Source: Octopus bimaculoides
Taxonomy: Eukaryota
Assembly (NCBI RefSeq): GCF_001194135.2
Contig: NC_069000.1
Location: 26,735,375 to 26,782,434 of the forward strand
Direction of reading: 5' to 3'
DNA length: 47,060 nt
Shown here: one piece after another, positions 33,545-45,923 of the stretch
Layout of the letters: the number at the start of each line of letters is the position of its first letter
Numbering within the stretch: position 1 is the first letter of the stretch
Notes under the pieces: generated by a model
Told to the model about the DNA's origin: nothing
Databases searched by the model: none
The model's input: the letters and a program-made list of their open reading frames with translations, nothing else
Position numbers and translations under genes: made by a program

Positions 33545-34200
33545 AATGATAACATTACAGTATCATGGTATTGACTAGACCATCAGATGCTGTTATATAC
33601 TGCTGGTCACAATGCATTTCCAATTTTGTCTTGATCACGCCATTCTTTTCCATCTTGATCCAAATTACTTAACTAAATCATCTTCCCATCATTGTGGAGG
33701 CCTTCCAAGTGGCCTTTTCTGATCTCTTGTATACCACTTGGCAACTGCACAGGTCCACCTGTTGTCTGTGAGCCTTGAGATATTTCTGGCCCAGTGAACT
33801 TGTGCTTTCAGTATTCTGCAATCACAACATCCACTCTGCTCCATTCTCAAATTATCTCATTTCAAATATAATCTCATAATGATATTCTTAACATGGATCA
33901 TTCTATGCTCCTTTGTGTCATAACCAATCAATGTTCTATCCTTTTTGTAGTAGCCCACATCTCACTTGCATAGGAATGTTACTGAAAAGTCTGGTATGCA
34001 CAGTATTGTCTAGCTTTGTTTTGAGCACATCTATTATTTAAATTAAATGCCTTCCATCCTGCCCTTATTCTTTTTGAGATTTCAGTATCCATATCTCAGT
34101 ACATATTCACTGTGTACCCTAAATAGATGTACTTCTATTTTGGTTTCTAGAGCTTTTCACTCATTGAAATATTGGCTATTTTTTATGCCATATCTATGGT
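33545..34200 (-). mobile_element. Degenerate RTE LINE 3' part, second subfamily
   Basis: Minus-strand HWARNISRLTDNRWTCAVAKWYTRDQKRPLGRPP..WEDD; its 3' UTR recurs inverted at about 44660-44740. Confidence 0.65.
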
Positions 34201-34710
34201 AAAACTTATTTGAATTGTTCTGAACTCTAATAGTTAGTATGAAGGATTAGCTAGTGTGAATTTTAAGCCGTAATTCTCTACGACAAAATAATTTTACTTT
34301 TCAATTGTACTATAAATGCTAAATGTACATAAATAAACTAATGTAGTAATTATTTTCTCTCTCTTCACGTTCTTCAACTTGTTAATGAAATTTATTTCTG
34401 TTAATAAAATTTTGTGAAATGAAACTGTCATCTATTTTCTATTGAAAATTTATATATTTTTCACAATTGCCTATACTTTTATGATGTGGTGGTTTATCTA
34501 TGAGATCACATTGGGAGGTCACCACTTTTTATAGCCGCGTTTTGTTATCATATAATACTTATTGTTCCGCAGACTCCATTTCAAAATGAATGGAAATGAT
34601 CTATATTAAAATGCTATATTAATGCTGTTTATGGAAAGTTAGCTTAATTTCACTTTAGTTGAGAAAAAGATGAATAGAGCCTTTAATTTCTTTATTATAT
34701 AAGATCTGAT

Positions 34711-34925
34711 AAGGAAGCAAGTTGGCAGAATTGTTAGCACACTGGACGAAATGCTTAGTGGTATTTTGCTTGTGGCTTCGTTCTGAGTTCAAATTCTGCT
34801 GAGATCGACTTTGCCTTTCATCCTTTTGGGGTCAATAAATTAAATAGCAATGAAACACTAGGGTTGATGCTATCGACTAGTTTCCTCCCCCAAATTTCAG
34901 GCCTTGTGCCTATAGTAGAAAGGAT
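34711..34925 (+). mobile_element. tRNA-derived SINE, family A
   Basis: TGGCAGAATTGTTAGCAC head, GAGTTCAAATTC B box, GACTTTGCCTTTCATCCTTTTGGGGTC core. Confidence 0.85.
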
Positions 34926-35072
34926 CCTATAAGATCAAATAAAATTGAATATTGTAATATGATGAAAACAGCTTCTTAGCATGTATTCTGTAAAGTGAGA
35001 AGACATTCTGCCCTATAGTCATAATAATAAAAAAAAAGATAGAGAATAAAAAAGGTATAACATGGGCAGCAT

Positions 35073-35472
35073 TACTCTTTTACTTGTTTCAGTCATTTGA
35101 CTGCGGCCATGCTGGAGCACCACCTTTAGTCGAGCAAATCGACCCCGGGACTTATTCTTTTTAAGCCTAGTACTTATTCTATCGGTCTCTTTTGCCGAAC
35201 CACTTAGTGACGGGGACATAAACACACCAGCATCGGTTGTCAAGCAATGCTAGGGGGACAAACACAGACACACAAACACACACACACATATATATATATA
35301 CATATATACGATGAGCTTCTTTCGGTTTCCGTCTACCAAATCCACTCACAAGGCTTTGGTCAGCTCGAGGCTATAATAGAAGACACTTGCCCAAGATGCC
35401 ACGCAGTGGGACTGAACCCGGAACCATGTGGTTGGTAAGCAAGCTACTTACCACACAGCCACTCCTGCGCCT
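35073..35472 (-). mobile_element. Full-length tRNA-derived SINE, family B
   Basis: Minus strand GGCGCAGGAGTGGCTGTGTGGTAAG (A box), GGGTTCAGTCCC (B box), central (TA)/(TG) microsatellite, tail ACAAGTAAAAGAGTA. Confidence 0.9.
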
Positions 35473-35489
35473 ATATAGCAGAACAAGCA

Positions 35490-37434
35490 TTGTCCATAAA
35501 AAAAAAAGGCTGTGAAATACTTCCTTACAGAAGAAAATAAAGCTTTGTGCCTTAAATGTAGTGAAAGGATTGCTTTTATGAGACTAAGCATAGATCAAGT
35601 CCTTCGAAAATATTTGCTATTTGTTGGCTAAATGAGAATTGCCATGTACTGGTAGGAGTCTTATCAACGAATGCATGATGGAAGCAGTAGAGGAAATATG
35701 TCCAGTATAAAATAAGTTTGTTTCAGAATATCAGTCTTGCTGCAAATAATTTGCTCATAAAATTGAAGATATTGAGCATAATATAATTTCTCAAGTGATT
35801 GAGCAAAAGTTGTATGTTGTATTCTTTTGCACTTGATGAACCTCTCAAGTGGTATTCAGTTATGACATCATCAGATTATAATGCTGAATGGAAATACTTA
35901 TAAGTGTAACAACTAATGAAGAAAGAAATGCATGTGCAGTAAAAGGTTTGGTAGGGTAAATTTCAAAAGCTTGTGAAGTTGGTGAATGGTCAAAACCTAT
36001 GTTTCTTTATCATATTGTATAACAGTAAGCAATGTGTAGTAAATATTTGAATGTCTGATGCCATAAAACCTATTATGTCAGCTTATATTTCATTCAGTCC
36101 CCACAACTTACTCATCAACACTCTTACAATTTTCTGTAGGATATTGATTTTGAGTTTCATAACTTGCTTAATCATACATCAGTTCAATAACTTAGATTTA
36201 GAAATGTCCTATCAATATTTTTACCCTAAAATAAAAATGAAATACAAGTGCACAGTCTCTTATCTGAAAACTAAAAAGCTGTAGAAATCAAAAGTTTTTC
36301 CATACAAATCACAGTTATTTCCAAATTTGGAGTAGGGTGGGGTGGCCTAGGCTATTCCTGGGAAGCATGACTTATAATTGAAGTTATATCCTATGGATAT
36401 ACAGTACTGCCACTTCCAAAATCAGAAAAATTTTGAATTTCAAAATATATCTGGTCCCAAATAAGTGATTGTGTACCTGTATTTTTAATGAGAGGAGAAT
36501 TGATGAAAATCACTAATGTCAAACAGTAAATGGTAATGGAAATTAGCATTTTTTTATGGTACTGATAGATCATATGAGTCAATTTAATCTGAAACTGTAA
36601 GGAGAAACAACTTGATCTGTGATTTTAAAGCATTCAAAGCCAAACTTTTGTTATTTGAAGTCCAAATAAAAATTTACAAGAACTTGTTTAAAAAGCTGTA
36701 TTAAAAATGTAGAAAATTTTTTTCTTTTTTATTCATGAAAGGAATTCTTTCTAAATTACAAAACCAGTTTCAGGAACATTTTCTCAAACCTAATGCAAAA
36801 GTAGAAGAAATTGATTGTTTCATGATCCATTTAACTTCACTATTGCAGAATTTCTGAGTGAGTTACAAATAGAAATGATAGACCTGCACTCAAATGATAT
36901 GTTGAAAGGAAAAAGAGTAAAATTTAATCAACTTTTATAAGTCATGACCAAATGAAGAGTTTCCTCATTTGAAGAGCTTTTCCTACAATTTTATATCAGT
37001 CTTTGGTACCATGTACTAGTGCTAACAATCATTTCTAAAAAAATAGAGTGTGTCAAATCCTGCTACAAAGCAAGTTTATGTAATGACCATTTAAAGTTAA
37101 TTTTAATAATTGGTGCTATAAAAGTTGAAGCTTGATATTTTTGACATTTTGAAATAAAAAAAAAAATCAGTTTCACATTTTCTTTCAGAAATATACTGAA
37201 AGTGGTTATTTTTATGAAAAGCATGAAAATGAAATATTTTATAGGAATAATTAAGTTATGGAAAATTTATATAACTTTATACATATTCATATTTTTGTTT
37301 TTGATGAATAAATGCATTAAATTCATACTTCAAGAATTGCTGTACTTATATTTCTTTTATCCTTTTTTCTTGGTTCGCAAACTCTGCTAAATATGCAGTA
37401 TGGTCTTTGCAATGAAAAGCTTGGAGATCCCCTA
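35490..37434 (+). mobile_element. Decayed Charlie-type hAT transposon (GTF2IRD2/EPM2AIP1-like transposase)
   Basis: Broken frames: KYFLTEENKALCLKC (BED-like start), LINECMMEAVEEICP, KIEDIEHNIISQ, YSFALDE, VKGLVG, DFEFHNLLNHTSVQ*L (for HTEVRWL), a LNLKLQG-like segment, a FGSTY-like segment; hAT-like right end AAAGCTTGGAGATCCCCT. Left terminus not found. Confidence 0.72.
36245..36479. mobile_element. Tc1/mariner-superfamily (pogo/Tigger-like) MITE inside the hAT remnant
   Basis: TA flanks at 36243-36244 and 36480-36481; imperfect TIR CAAGTGCACAGTCTCTTAT / ATAAGTGATTGTGTACCTG; transposase similarity resumes after it. Confidence 0.75.
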
Positions 37435-38359
37435 GTGTAAATCATGAATGGTGGTGCTATTAGCATGTTGACAACAAATTTAGTGAGGAATACAGCACAC
37501 ATATCGGCATACCAGAGCTAGATTCAATAGAGTAAAATTTGTAAAAGAGTTGCAGAAAAAGACCTAAACTTGAAGCATGGACCACAATCTGAAAACCAAG
37601 GTACATTTCCAAAGACTCAAAAGAGAGTAAAGAAGGTACCAAGTGAAAGCAATAGATGTAAAAGGTACAAGCTGACAGAAAATTAGGCCTTCAGATGTAA
37701 CTGAAGTAACAAGAATAGTTACAGCAGGAGTAACCATAAGTAGAGTCAATGAACTATTCAGGATGACATCAACAGTTTTTTTATAGAGCCTCTACATGGC
37801 CACTTAACCTGCAAGAAATATCAGCCAAATTGCACTTTATTGCCTTAAAACAGAACACATTAGATAATGTATTTCAAAGTATACGATGCCTGAAAAAAAG
37901 ACAGTACCTTTGACCATAACTCTACTAGATCAAAAAAACAATTAATGCAGGAGGTGAATGTAGTGAAAACAGTGCAGCTAAAGTATAGAAGGGATGAAAG
38001 AAATTTTGGGATGTCATTGCTTCAAAGGATTTCTCTCCTGTGAAAATCAGACTCTTAGAGGAAGTATATACCAGGACAATGGTTGAATAGTAGATTTGAG
38101 ATGTTTGTACTCTCAGAAAGGAAACAAAATTCTTCTACCATCATGGTACACATAGAAACTTATTTCATTTTGTGGTCTTGATTGGTTGGTTCAAGCTAAG
38201 ACACTGATTCATACAGCCACTGCCAGCCAGAGTTGCTGACTGACTCAGACATTATAAGTCCGAGTTGCTGATTAACTAAAACAACCACTGGCATTCAAAC
38301 TCATTGATATTCGTTCATGCAACATGAAGAAGCTTATGATATAGCAAACAAGGGACCCT

Positions 38360-38575
38360 CTATATGGTTACTTATCTGCAGAAATAACAAGCAAATTACT
38401 CTCATACCATATCATCTTTAAAACAAAACAAAAAAGAAAAGAAAAAAATGAAGGCTCTTTGGATAATGATATAGTTCTAGATACATTAAGTTTGAGTAAA
38501 AGATGGTTTATCATAGCTGGGATACTGTTGAACACAGGTCTGCTAAGTCAGAGCTGGCTTGGGACAATATTTAGA
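38360..38575 (+). repeat. Unclassified interspersed repeat family
   Basis: Motif GGATAATG..CTAGATAC..AAAAGATGG..CATAGCTGG..CCTTTGATCATAGGTCTGCT recurs, diverged, at about 13095-13215 and 37790-37925, and inverted at about 13410-13500 and 30905-30985. Confidence 0.6.
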
Positions 38576-38904
38576 ACAGAATGAATACTTTAAGAAAATT
38601 ACAGATATAATATCCAATCCACAAAAATACTAAAATACATAAACTGTCATAGTGTAATGCACAAGAATAGCATCAGATCACTAGTACTGAACATTCTGAT
38701 GATCATCTGTTACAACACGGACAGATGTATTCATAAACATTGAATAATCATCTAAATTCAGTTCAGAATTATACTTTTCAACTCTTATTTCTATCAAACC
38801 ATCCACCCATTTTTGCTACCCACCTTTTCCTGTGAGGGTTGTGGGGGTAGAGTCCTCAGGCATCTACTCTATAGAGTCCTATCAGAAACAGCTATCATTA
38901 AACT

Positions 38905-39420
38905 TTTCTGTTGGATCCCAGTATTACCAACTGAGACTGGATATTATCCAACCATCTCACTTGTAGGCTACCACTAGGTCTCCGGCCAGTTGACTTGCAT
39001 TGAACCTGTCATGTGGTTCTTTCCTGCAGTATTCTAACCATTTGTCTGTAGTGCTAGAGTTGTGATATCTCAATGCAGAGAAGTAGTGGCTCAAACTAGA
39101 GAGACTCTTTGGTCTCTGAGCTATGCACTCCACAGACACTTCAGAAGAACCTTATTTCAGTTACTTACATTCATAATTGTACTCTTTTGGTCAATATCCA
39201 ACATTTATGACCATAGGTGAGGACAGGCACAAAAACTGAATTGAAAATGAAGTTTGACTTTTTTTTACCAATCTTTCATCTTCTGAGGATCGAATGCTGA
39301 AACTGGAGGTACAACACTGTACTAGCACCTCCAATTATAGCACTCAGTTCAGCCTCCTGCTTCTCATCACTTGTGAATACAGCCCTTAAATACTTAAACT
39401 TGCATTCTGATTTAACCCAC
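38905..39420 (-). mobile_element. Degenerate RTE fragment, Rex3/Expander-like
   Basis: Minus-strand VFVPVLTYGHKCWILTKR..TEIRFF and TGRRPSGSLQVRWLDNIQ. Confidence 0.65.
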
Positions 39421-39763
39421 AACGAAAGTGTTTTTCTGATTGGAATGTAGAAGCTCTAGTCAACATGTAAAAGAAAGGAGTTAGCAGGATATTTTTTTAC
39501 TGCACAGTAAAGCTAGTGAAACTACAGGTAAATCAATTAAATATTTGGATAGGGACTAGTTACTGATAAAACAGTTCAATATCGGAATCATATGTTTTGG
39601 AGTGCTTTCCAAGTTAAAGGAGGCTGAAGAAGGAAACCCTTTCATGAAGGAAACTTATAAGAAAGGGTTGAAGTATATCCATGTACAATAGCATGTGAAC
39701 TTGCATAAAAGATTGCTCTACTTAAATACAATTAGAAAGAAATATAAAACTCAGTATAAATTT

Positions 39764-39878
<115 letters not shown>

Positions 39879-40799
39879 TAAGCTAATGAAGTTTATTAAA
39901 ATAAATGCAAAATCCCAACAATAACAAATCCATCCCCATCCCAAAAAACATCAGAGTGATGATGAAGTGATTACACTGCAGGAAGTATTTAGGGCATGTT
40001 GAACAAGATCAAAATACCTCAGTGGAATTCTCCAATTCAAACTAAATTGGAAGCTGCATGTCAACAGAGTCATCGAAGTGGAACACCAAATGCGTTGCTT
40101 TCATCACAAGACTATTAGAGGGAGCTCCAAGACAACCAAACTGCAATGTTTTAAAACATTTTTAACTAATAGAAGAGTAAGATAAATGACTTCCCTGATA
40201 CACCTTTTGTACAGTAAGTTGTTGGTGATGCAGAAATGTTAGGTTAGTGGGCAACACAAATACCCCAAAAGGCACTCCAAAGGCCTCCCTAACAATCTTC
40301 AGCATCAGGCTTCAGTTGAGAGAGAGGGAGAGAGAAAGAGAGAGAGAACATACCATAATATCTGAGCAAGCCAAGAGCAGATGGGCTTTGCAGAAGAGTT
40401 GAGAAAGTGCACTGCTGTCAGCAAACAGAGAAAAAAACTCAAAAGACAAAAAAACTTGTCAGCTACTCCAAATATATTTATGAGTGGTGTCACAGCCATC
40501 ACCCATATGGATTGATAAACTATATACAAACAGATAAATTGCATAACTGGATCCTAAACTGAAAATACTTCTGCAGTTTAGGATCCAGTTATGTAGTTTA
40601 AAATGCAATAAAATTTAGAACAGACTGAAAGGAACATAACACAATTCCTACTCTCTGACTAGTAACACAATAAGTGTAATTAGGCATTACAAGTTAAGGT
40701 GAGTGCCTTTCGTTGAATACAACATAAGCATGTTGTAAAGAGCAAGTAGGGGAGAAATAATTCACTGAACCAAGCAACATAGATTCCTCTGGATGGCTA

Positions 40800-41085
40800 G
40801 TGGCTCTCTGGTAAGGCTGAATTTGCTAGAAGAATGAATGAGAGAGGTGAAAGACAACCAAGTGGCTCCAAGGAGAGGGAAAGCAGGTAGGACAATTGAT
40901 GGAATAGAATATGTGCAGTTTTGCTCTCGTAATTACAACAACTGAGGAAATAGTGCCATAGCTGGGAGGGTGAAGGAGGGATGTGTTATTAAAAAAATGA
41001 GCAGTGGGGAAGATTTGACTTGTAAAAATTAGGTGCAGGGGCATAAACGTATGAGACCACATTTTCTGTTGAGATAGACAGTGCA
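40800..41085 (-). mobile_element. Possible CR1/L2-group LINE C-terminal remnant
   Basis: Minus-strand CSFF..IPPSPSQLWHYF resembles the SFFPxxxxLWNxLP motif; heavily decayed. Confidence 0.35.
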
Positions 41086-41089
41086 TTAC

Positions 41090-43900
41090 CAATCATCTGT
41101 CTTTTGTTACCTCCTCTGTGAGGCTCAACCACCTGAACTTGGTTTTCATTATTTTGTTCCATGTCTTCCTAGGTCTTCTTTTCACAGGTTCCATCCATCT
41201 TAAACAATCAGGTGTCCTAATCTATGCACATCATATGATCATGCCAACATACTCTTCTCTTTTGCACACTACATCTGATGCCTCTTATACCCAATTTTTC
41301 TTTCAACACATTTGTACTTTGTCATACATGCACACTGACATTGTACATCCAGTGCAGCATGCTAGTTTCATTTCTTTCTAGTCCTCACAGGTCCTTTATA
41401 GTAACTGCCCACATTTATCTACCAGCATTACTGTTCATAAGCAAGCATCATACAATCTTCCTTTTGCTGTGAAAGAGAACCTTTTGTTACCAACAGCAGT
41501 AGTAGCTCTCGCAACCTTTTTCCATCCTATTCTTATTCTGGCAACTATACTTTCAGAACATCTGCTTTCACTGCATATTTGATCACATACTATCTATTAC
41601 TTCTAAGGATCCTCCTGGACATTTGAGAAATCTATTTACCATCTGTTCTCATTGCTCCTACATAACTGCAACAGAGTCTATTTTCTTTAATAATGATTCC
41701 ACTACACTTCTAATGTACCCAAAGTTTGCACTGGGAACACCATATAGAATTGCTACCTACACATTTTCTACATATTGAACAGGGTCATTTTCCTGAAGGA
41801 GTTAGTGTACTCTGTTTACTTGTTTATTAGAGCTTTGGTTTTTGCTAAGTTAACTTCTAAAATTCAGCTATAAGAACAAAGTCATTAGTACAGAGGAGTT
41901 CACATGGGTTACTGGTTTTAAGCTTCTCAATCCTGGTGAACTACTCCTACACCTCTAGGAAATAACAGAGGAATTCAAGACAGGATGCCCCTGGGAGCTC
42001 CTCTATGCTGACGACCTTGCTCTTATTACTGAACCACTATCAGAACTAGAGGAGAAGTTTCAGGTGTGGAAACAAGGATTAGAATCAAAGGGCCTTAGAG
42101 TCAACCTAGCTAAAACCCAAGTCCTGATAAGTAGGAAAGCAGACAAACCACAAATCCCTTCAGGTAGATGGCCCTGCTCGATCTGTAGAAAAGGGGTAGG
42201 TAGAAACTATAAGATGTACCCAGTGTAAGCTATGAACACATAAGAGGTGCAGCAATATCGAAGGAAGGCTAACTGGGAAGATAGTTTTTGTATGTGGCAG
42301 ATGCTAAGGAGCAATAAACACTGAAAATGTGCAGAGAACAACTTCTGCCACATTCCAGGGAGAAAAAATACAAGTAGTTGATAGCTTTCGTTGCTTAGGT
42401 GACCAAGTCAGTAGTGGGGGAGGGTGCACTGAAAGTGTAGCTGCTAGAATAAGAATAGCCTGGGCTAAGTTCAGAGAGCTCTTACCTCTGCTGGTGACAA
42501 AGGGCCTCTCGCTCAGAGTAAAAGGCAGACTGTATGACGCATGTGTACGAACAGCCATGCTACATGGCAGTGAAACATGGGCCATGACTGCTGAGGACAT
42601 GCGTAAGCTTGCAAGGAATGAAGCCAGTATGCTCCAATGGATGTGTAATGTCAGTGTGCATACTCGACAGAATGTAAGTACCTTGNNNNNNNNNNNNNNN
42701 NNNNNNNNNNNNNNNNNNNNNNNNNNNNNNNNNNNNNNNNNNNNNNNNNNNNNNNNNNNNNNNNNNNNNNNNNNNNNNNNNNNNNNNNNNNNNNNNNNNN
42801 NNNNNNNNNNNNNNNNNNNNNNNNNNNNNNNNNNNNNNNNNNNNNNNNNNNNNNNNNNNNNNNNNNNNNNNNNNNNNNNNNNNNNNNNNNNNNNNNNNNN
42901 NNNNNNNNNNNNNNNNNNNNNNNNNNNNNNNNNNNNNNNNNNNNNNNNNNNNNNNNNNNNNNNNNNNNNNNNNNNNNNNNNNNNNNNNNNNNNNNNNNNN
43001 NNNNNNNNNNNNNNNNNNNNNNNNNNNNNNNNNNNNNNNNNNNNNNNNNNNNNNNNNNNNNNNNNNNNNNNNNNNNNNNNNNNNNNNNNNNNNNNNNNNN
43101 NNNNNNNNNNNNNNNNNNNNNNNNNNNNNNNNNNNNNNNNNNNNNNNNNNNNNNNNNNNNNNNNNNNNNNNNNNNNNNNNNNNNNNNNNNNNNNNNNNNN
43201 NNNNNNNNNNNNNNNNNNNNNNNNNNNNNNNNNNNNNNNNNNNNNNNNNNNNNNNNNNNNNNNNNNNNNNNNNNNNNNNNNNNNNNNNNNNNNNNNNNNN
43301 NNNNNNNNNNNNNNNNNNNNNNNNNNNNNNNNNNNNNNNNNNNNNNNNNNNNNNNNNACCATTCGAATGTGGTCATAACCAGCGTTGCCTTACTGGCACT
43401 TGTTCCGGTGGCACATGAAAAAACATTCAAGTGATATTGTTTCCAGTGCCGCTGGACTGGCTCCTGTGCAGGTGGCATGTAAAAAATATCACTTGAGTGT
43501 GGCCGTTGCCAGTACTGCCAGACTGGCCCTCGTGCCGATGGCACATAAAAGCACCCACTACACTCTCGGAGTGGTTGGCGTTAGGAAGGGCATCCAGCTG
43601 TAGAAACTCTGCCAGATCAGATTGGAGCTTGGTGCAGCCATCTGTTCGCCAGTCCTCAGTCAAATCGTCCAACCCATGCTAGAATGGAAAGCGAACATTA
43701 AACGATGATGATGATGATTGCTAACTCTCACCTTACTAACAGCTCTCCTGTACATAGCTTGAACAGCTCTCTTTAGCCATTCTTCTACTCCTAGCTTCCA
43801 CAGCAACCACCAGATCAGGGAGTGAGGAGCTCTACTGATGGCTTTCTCCAGGTTGATGAAAGCCAAGTAAAGCAAATTACTTCTGATTAAATAATTCCCC
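41090..43900 (-). mobile_element. Older RTE LINE split by a younger opposite-strand RTE
   Basis: Minus-strand pieces 43717-43875 (YLAFINLEKA..VQAMYRRAVSKVRVSN) and 41090-41960 (GVVHQ, VNLAKTKAL, MLHWMYNVSVH, GRPRKTW) are consecutive parts of one RT. Confidence 0.7.
41958..43716 (+). mobile_element. 5'-truncated, well-preserved RTE LINE (contains a gap)
   Basis: TGCPWELLYADDLAL at about 41980, ORF 42329-42685 near-identical to the 20187-20651 family, 3' UTR after the gap, (GAT)n tail 43704-43716. Confidence 0.9.
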
Positions 43901-44248
43901 TACATTTGCCTTACTGAGAAGAGAGCATCAATAGTACTTCTTGGTACAAAAACAACCTGCATCTCATCTAGTCTAACACTCTTCCTAATTAGTTGAGCTT
44001 TAGCTATATAAGTGTGTGTGCGTGGAAAGAAGGGTTGCATTTTACAGATTTAATGTTTTAGCAAAGAAATTCCATTTCAATGATTCAATTGCTTATCTGT
44101 AAAATATTTGCACTACAGTTATCTTTAAAATCTAAAGAGTTCTATGTGAATTCCAGGTCTCTTTGATCTTTGATTCAAGAATTTTCATAATGTAAGTACC
44201 TACACACCCACCAACCTGCCTCTCTCCGTGTCTGTGCCCCCTCTCTCT

Positions 44249-44395
<147 letters not shown>

Positions 44396-44796
44396 ATGAA
44401 GATGCATTATTAACAATTTAATTAGATACACATGTTTCAAATAGACTGACACAACCAATTGATGCACATTGTAAATAGCAATATACATATTTAATCAATC
44501 CCTCATCTGATCAATTAAAATGCTATAGAAAAAGAGGTATTAAGAGCCATTCTGTTCTAGTATATATTGTAATAAATCAAGATGGTTCATAGCAGTAAAC
44601 CCAGGCTGACTGGTACCACTACTTTACTGACCAGTGCCAGTTCTTGGCACAATTAAGGTAAAATTGGAAACACATTGTGACCAGCTGTGTGTAACAACAT
44701 TTGATGTTCTGGTCAATACTGTGATACTATGATATGTTCATTCTAAGAAAAGGTATGTCATGAAAGGGCAACTAAGAAAATAGAATTAAAATTAAT

Positions 44797-45160
44797 ACAA
44801 GAGCACTCAAAGAGCACAAACCTCTGCCCAGACAACACCAACGTTCTCTTAACAATTAGCCAGAAATGATTTTTAAAATGGGATTATTTGAAATAAACTT
44901 GACTGCTCTCACAAACAAGAATACTAACAATGAACCCAACCGCTCTCAAAAATTAAGTAAAAAACAGGAAAAATAATCCAGAATCCTTGTCTGGTACTGG
45001 ATTGATCCCTAAATCTAATCAGTTCATGCCAGTCACGAAGCGAAACATCCCTGAAAATTTCATCTGAATCCATCCAGTGGTTATTGAGATATCTTGTCCA
45101 TGGACAAACAAACAAATAAATACAACTGAAAACAATACCTCCGCCTTTGCTAAGACAATA
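44797..45160 (-). mobile_element. Helentron/DINE-1-like non-autonomous element
   Basis: Minus strand GGCGGAGGTATTGTTTTC..TTTGTTTGTCC..GGATGGATTCAGATGAAATTTT..GGCAGAGGTTTGTGCTCTTTGAGTGCTCTTGT: repeated subterminal GGC(G/A)GAGGT, short microsatellite and 3' palindrome-like end. Confidence 0.6.
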
Positions 45161-45311
45161 ACTATATACACTAGACCAAAAAGGGTAGATCAAACGTGGT
45201 ATATTATTAGGATACACTTATCAACAATTTATTTATTTGGGAAAGTACTGAAAGTTCTAGATAAATGAACAATGTAACACACATACATACATACACACAC
45301 ACACACATCCA

Positions 45312-45620
45312 TCATCATTATCATTTAACGTCTGTTTTCTATGCTGGCATGGGTTGGACAGTTTGACGAGAGCTGGCGAGCCAGGAAGCTGTCCAGACTC
45401 CAAATTGTCTGTTGTGGTATGGTTTTTACAGCTGGATGCCTTTCCTAATGCCAACCACTTTACAGAGTGTGCTGGATGTTTTTTTTTACATGTCACTGGC
45501 ATGCGTGTGTTTATGCAGCACCAACATGAGTGCATTTTATGTGGCATCTGTAAAGGACAAGTTTGTATGTGTGGATGACAGTGATTTTACTTGGCTTGAC
45601 ACATCTTCTCAAGTACAGCA
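45312..45620 (-). mobile_element. SINE-like repeat with an RTE-type 3' end
   Basis: CATCATCATTATCATTTAACGTC..ATGCTGGCATGGGTTGGAC..CAGCTGGATGCCTTTCCTAATGCCAACCAC, the same terminus as 19513 and 32228. Confidence 0.7.
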
Positions 45621-45795
45621 AATTGCCACAGTTTCCAATTTCTTGTCATTCCCACAATTACATTACTAAACCAGTGGAGCATGCTAGCTTAATTTCTTTC
45701 AAGCCTTCACAAATCCTCTGCAGTCAAGGCCCATATTTCACTGCCACATAGCAAAGCTGTACATAGACATCAAACAATCTGCCTTTCATGCATAA

Positions 45796-45827
45796 GTGTG
45801 TGTGTGTGTCTATGTGTGTACATATTT

Positions 45828-45922
<95 letters not shown>
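45796..45922. repeat. (TG)n/(CA)n/(TA)n microsatellite
   Basis: Directly visible. Confidence 0.97.

Positions 45923-45923
<1 letters not shown>

Noticed and set aside
10171-35472. tRNA-like A/B boxes that might be tRNA genes
   Set aside because: All are heads of multi-copy SINEs and no full cloverleaf is evident; no tRNA, rRNA or CRISPR feature is supported in this window.
38697-38745. CTGATGA followed by a hairpin CATCTGT/ACAGATG
   Set aside because: No GAAA directly after the stem, so not a hammerhead core.
39625-39660. CTGAAGAAGG..CCTT..GAAAC
   Set aside because: GAAA is not adjacent to the closing stem and helix I is absent.
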